Part shown: in pieces, positions 63,095 through 64,000 of the stretch
How the letters are laid out: each line of letters opens with the position of its first letter
Numbering within the stretch: the first letter of the stretch is position 1
Assembly (NCBI GenBank): GCA_025980465.1
Contig: JAICXJ010000009.1
Location: 885-64,884, forward strand
Reading direction: 5' to 3'
Length of the DNA: 64,000 nucleotides
Source of the DNA: Frankiales bacterium
GTDB taxonomy: Bacteria > Actinomycetota > Actinomycetes > JAFAQI01
Made by a program: the position numbers and the translations under genes
The notes under the pieces: generated by a model
Databases searched by the model: none
Told to the model about the DNA's origin: nothing
Seen by the model: the letters and a program-made list of their open reading frames with translations, nothing else

Positions 63095-64000
63095 TCAGTC
63101 GCCACTCGGCTCGCTTGCGCTGGCGCGCCAGCCCCGTGCCTCCAGCCCCGCCTCGAGCCTGCCACCCATGCCCGGCGCTACGTCGAGCTCGACGATGCCC
63201 AGCGGCTGCCCCGGCGAGTGGTCCACCCGGATGTCCTCGACATTGACACCGTCGGCCGCGGCATCCGCCAGCAGCCGGGCCAGCCGGCCCGGCTCATCGG
63301 GAACCACCACCGAGACGGTCGCCCAACGGACCGCCGCCTGCCCGTGCTTGCCGGCGAGCAGGCCTCGGCCGGCTCGACCCCGCTCAACGAGGCTGTGGAC
63401 CAGCTCACCGGCCGCGTCACCACTCGCGAGGGCGCGCTGCAAGCTCGCGAGCGGCGCGAGTGCTGCCTCGAGGGCACTCGCCACCGCGGCCGGGTTGGCC
63501 GTGACGATCTCCGCCCACAACGCCGGATCGCTGTCGGCGATCCGCGAGGTGTCCCGCAGGCCGGTGCCGGCAAGCGCCACGTCACCGCGATCGAGACCGA
63601 GCAACGATCCTGCAAGCGCCGAGGCGATCAGCTGGGGGGCATGCGACAGCCTGGCCAGCACGAGGTCATGGTCGGCGGCAGCCATCTGGCGCACCGCTGC
63701 CCCACAGCCCTCGGCGAGCGCAACGACCGCTGCAACGGCCGGCGGCGACGATCGCGAGGTGGGGCACACGACCCAAGGGCGCTCCCGGAACAAGTCGGCC
63801 GAGGCGTGATGCGGCCCGGACCGCTCTCGGCCGGCGATCGGGTGGCTACCGACAAACCCGATGAAGTTCGGTTGTAAGATCTCTACCTCGACTTGAGGTC
63901 GATGCTGAACACTACTGACATGGGTCACAGTGGCAGCAACACCAGAACGAACTAGCTCATCGACGACCGGGGCGACCTGGACCGGGGGCACGGCAACAAC
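63095..64000 (-). CDS. tyrA: Prephenate dehydrogenase with ACT domain; 5' end outside the window
   Basis: HPIAGRERSG, DLF, HD..A..SHAPQ, GLRDTSRIA, ACT domain DEPGRL. Confidence 0.92.
   Translation of the reverse strand, partial: VVAVPPVQVAPVVDELVRSGVAATVTHVSSVQHRPQVEVEILQPNFIGFVGSHPIAGRERSGPHHASADLFRERPWVVCPTSRSSPPAVAAVVALAEGCGAAVRQMAAADHDLVLARLSHAPQLIASALAGSLLGLDRGDVALAGTGLRDTSRIADSDPALWAEIVTANPAAVASALEAALAPLASLQRALASGDAAGELVHSLVERGRAGRGLLAGKHGQAAVRWATVSVVVPDEPGRLARLLADAAADGVNVEDIRVDHSPGQPLGIVELDVAPGMGGRLEAGLEARGWRASASEPSGD

Overview
High-GC actinobacterial chromosome segment (mycothiol, F420-dependent LLM, Pup-proteasome) made mostly of conserved core genes: the recD2-like/mshC/metH block, trmI-arc-dop-pup-prcBA-pafA-pafBC-tatAC-helY, lnt-rbpA, gcvP with a tandem glycine riboswitch, two MerR-type regulators with an FHA protein and gcvH, tRNA-Pro(GGG), and der-cmk-tyrA. 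The window very likely contains the replication terminus: a 28-bp dif-like site lies at 52626-52653 and gene orientation converges on it. No transposase, integrase, phage gene or CRISPR array was seen. Best leads: (1) a cluster of CTCNAC-N5-GTNGAG palindromes around dif, several written into coding sequence with rare codons and surrounding two MerR-family genes, which suggests an unrecognised terminus-binding system; (2) a roughly 280-nt structured RNA with mutually exclusive helices upstream of lnt; (3) a small transcription unit with a structured leader encoding a 79-aa secreted basic peptide; (4) a catalytically dead trypsin-like secreted protein inserted between prcA and pafA. All calls were made by eye; no searches or folding computations were run.
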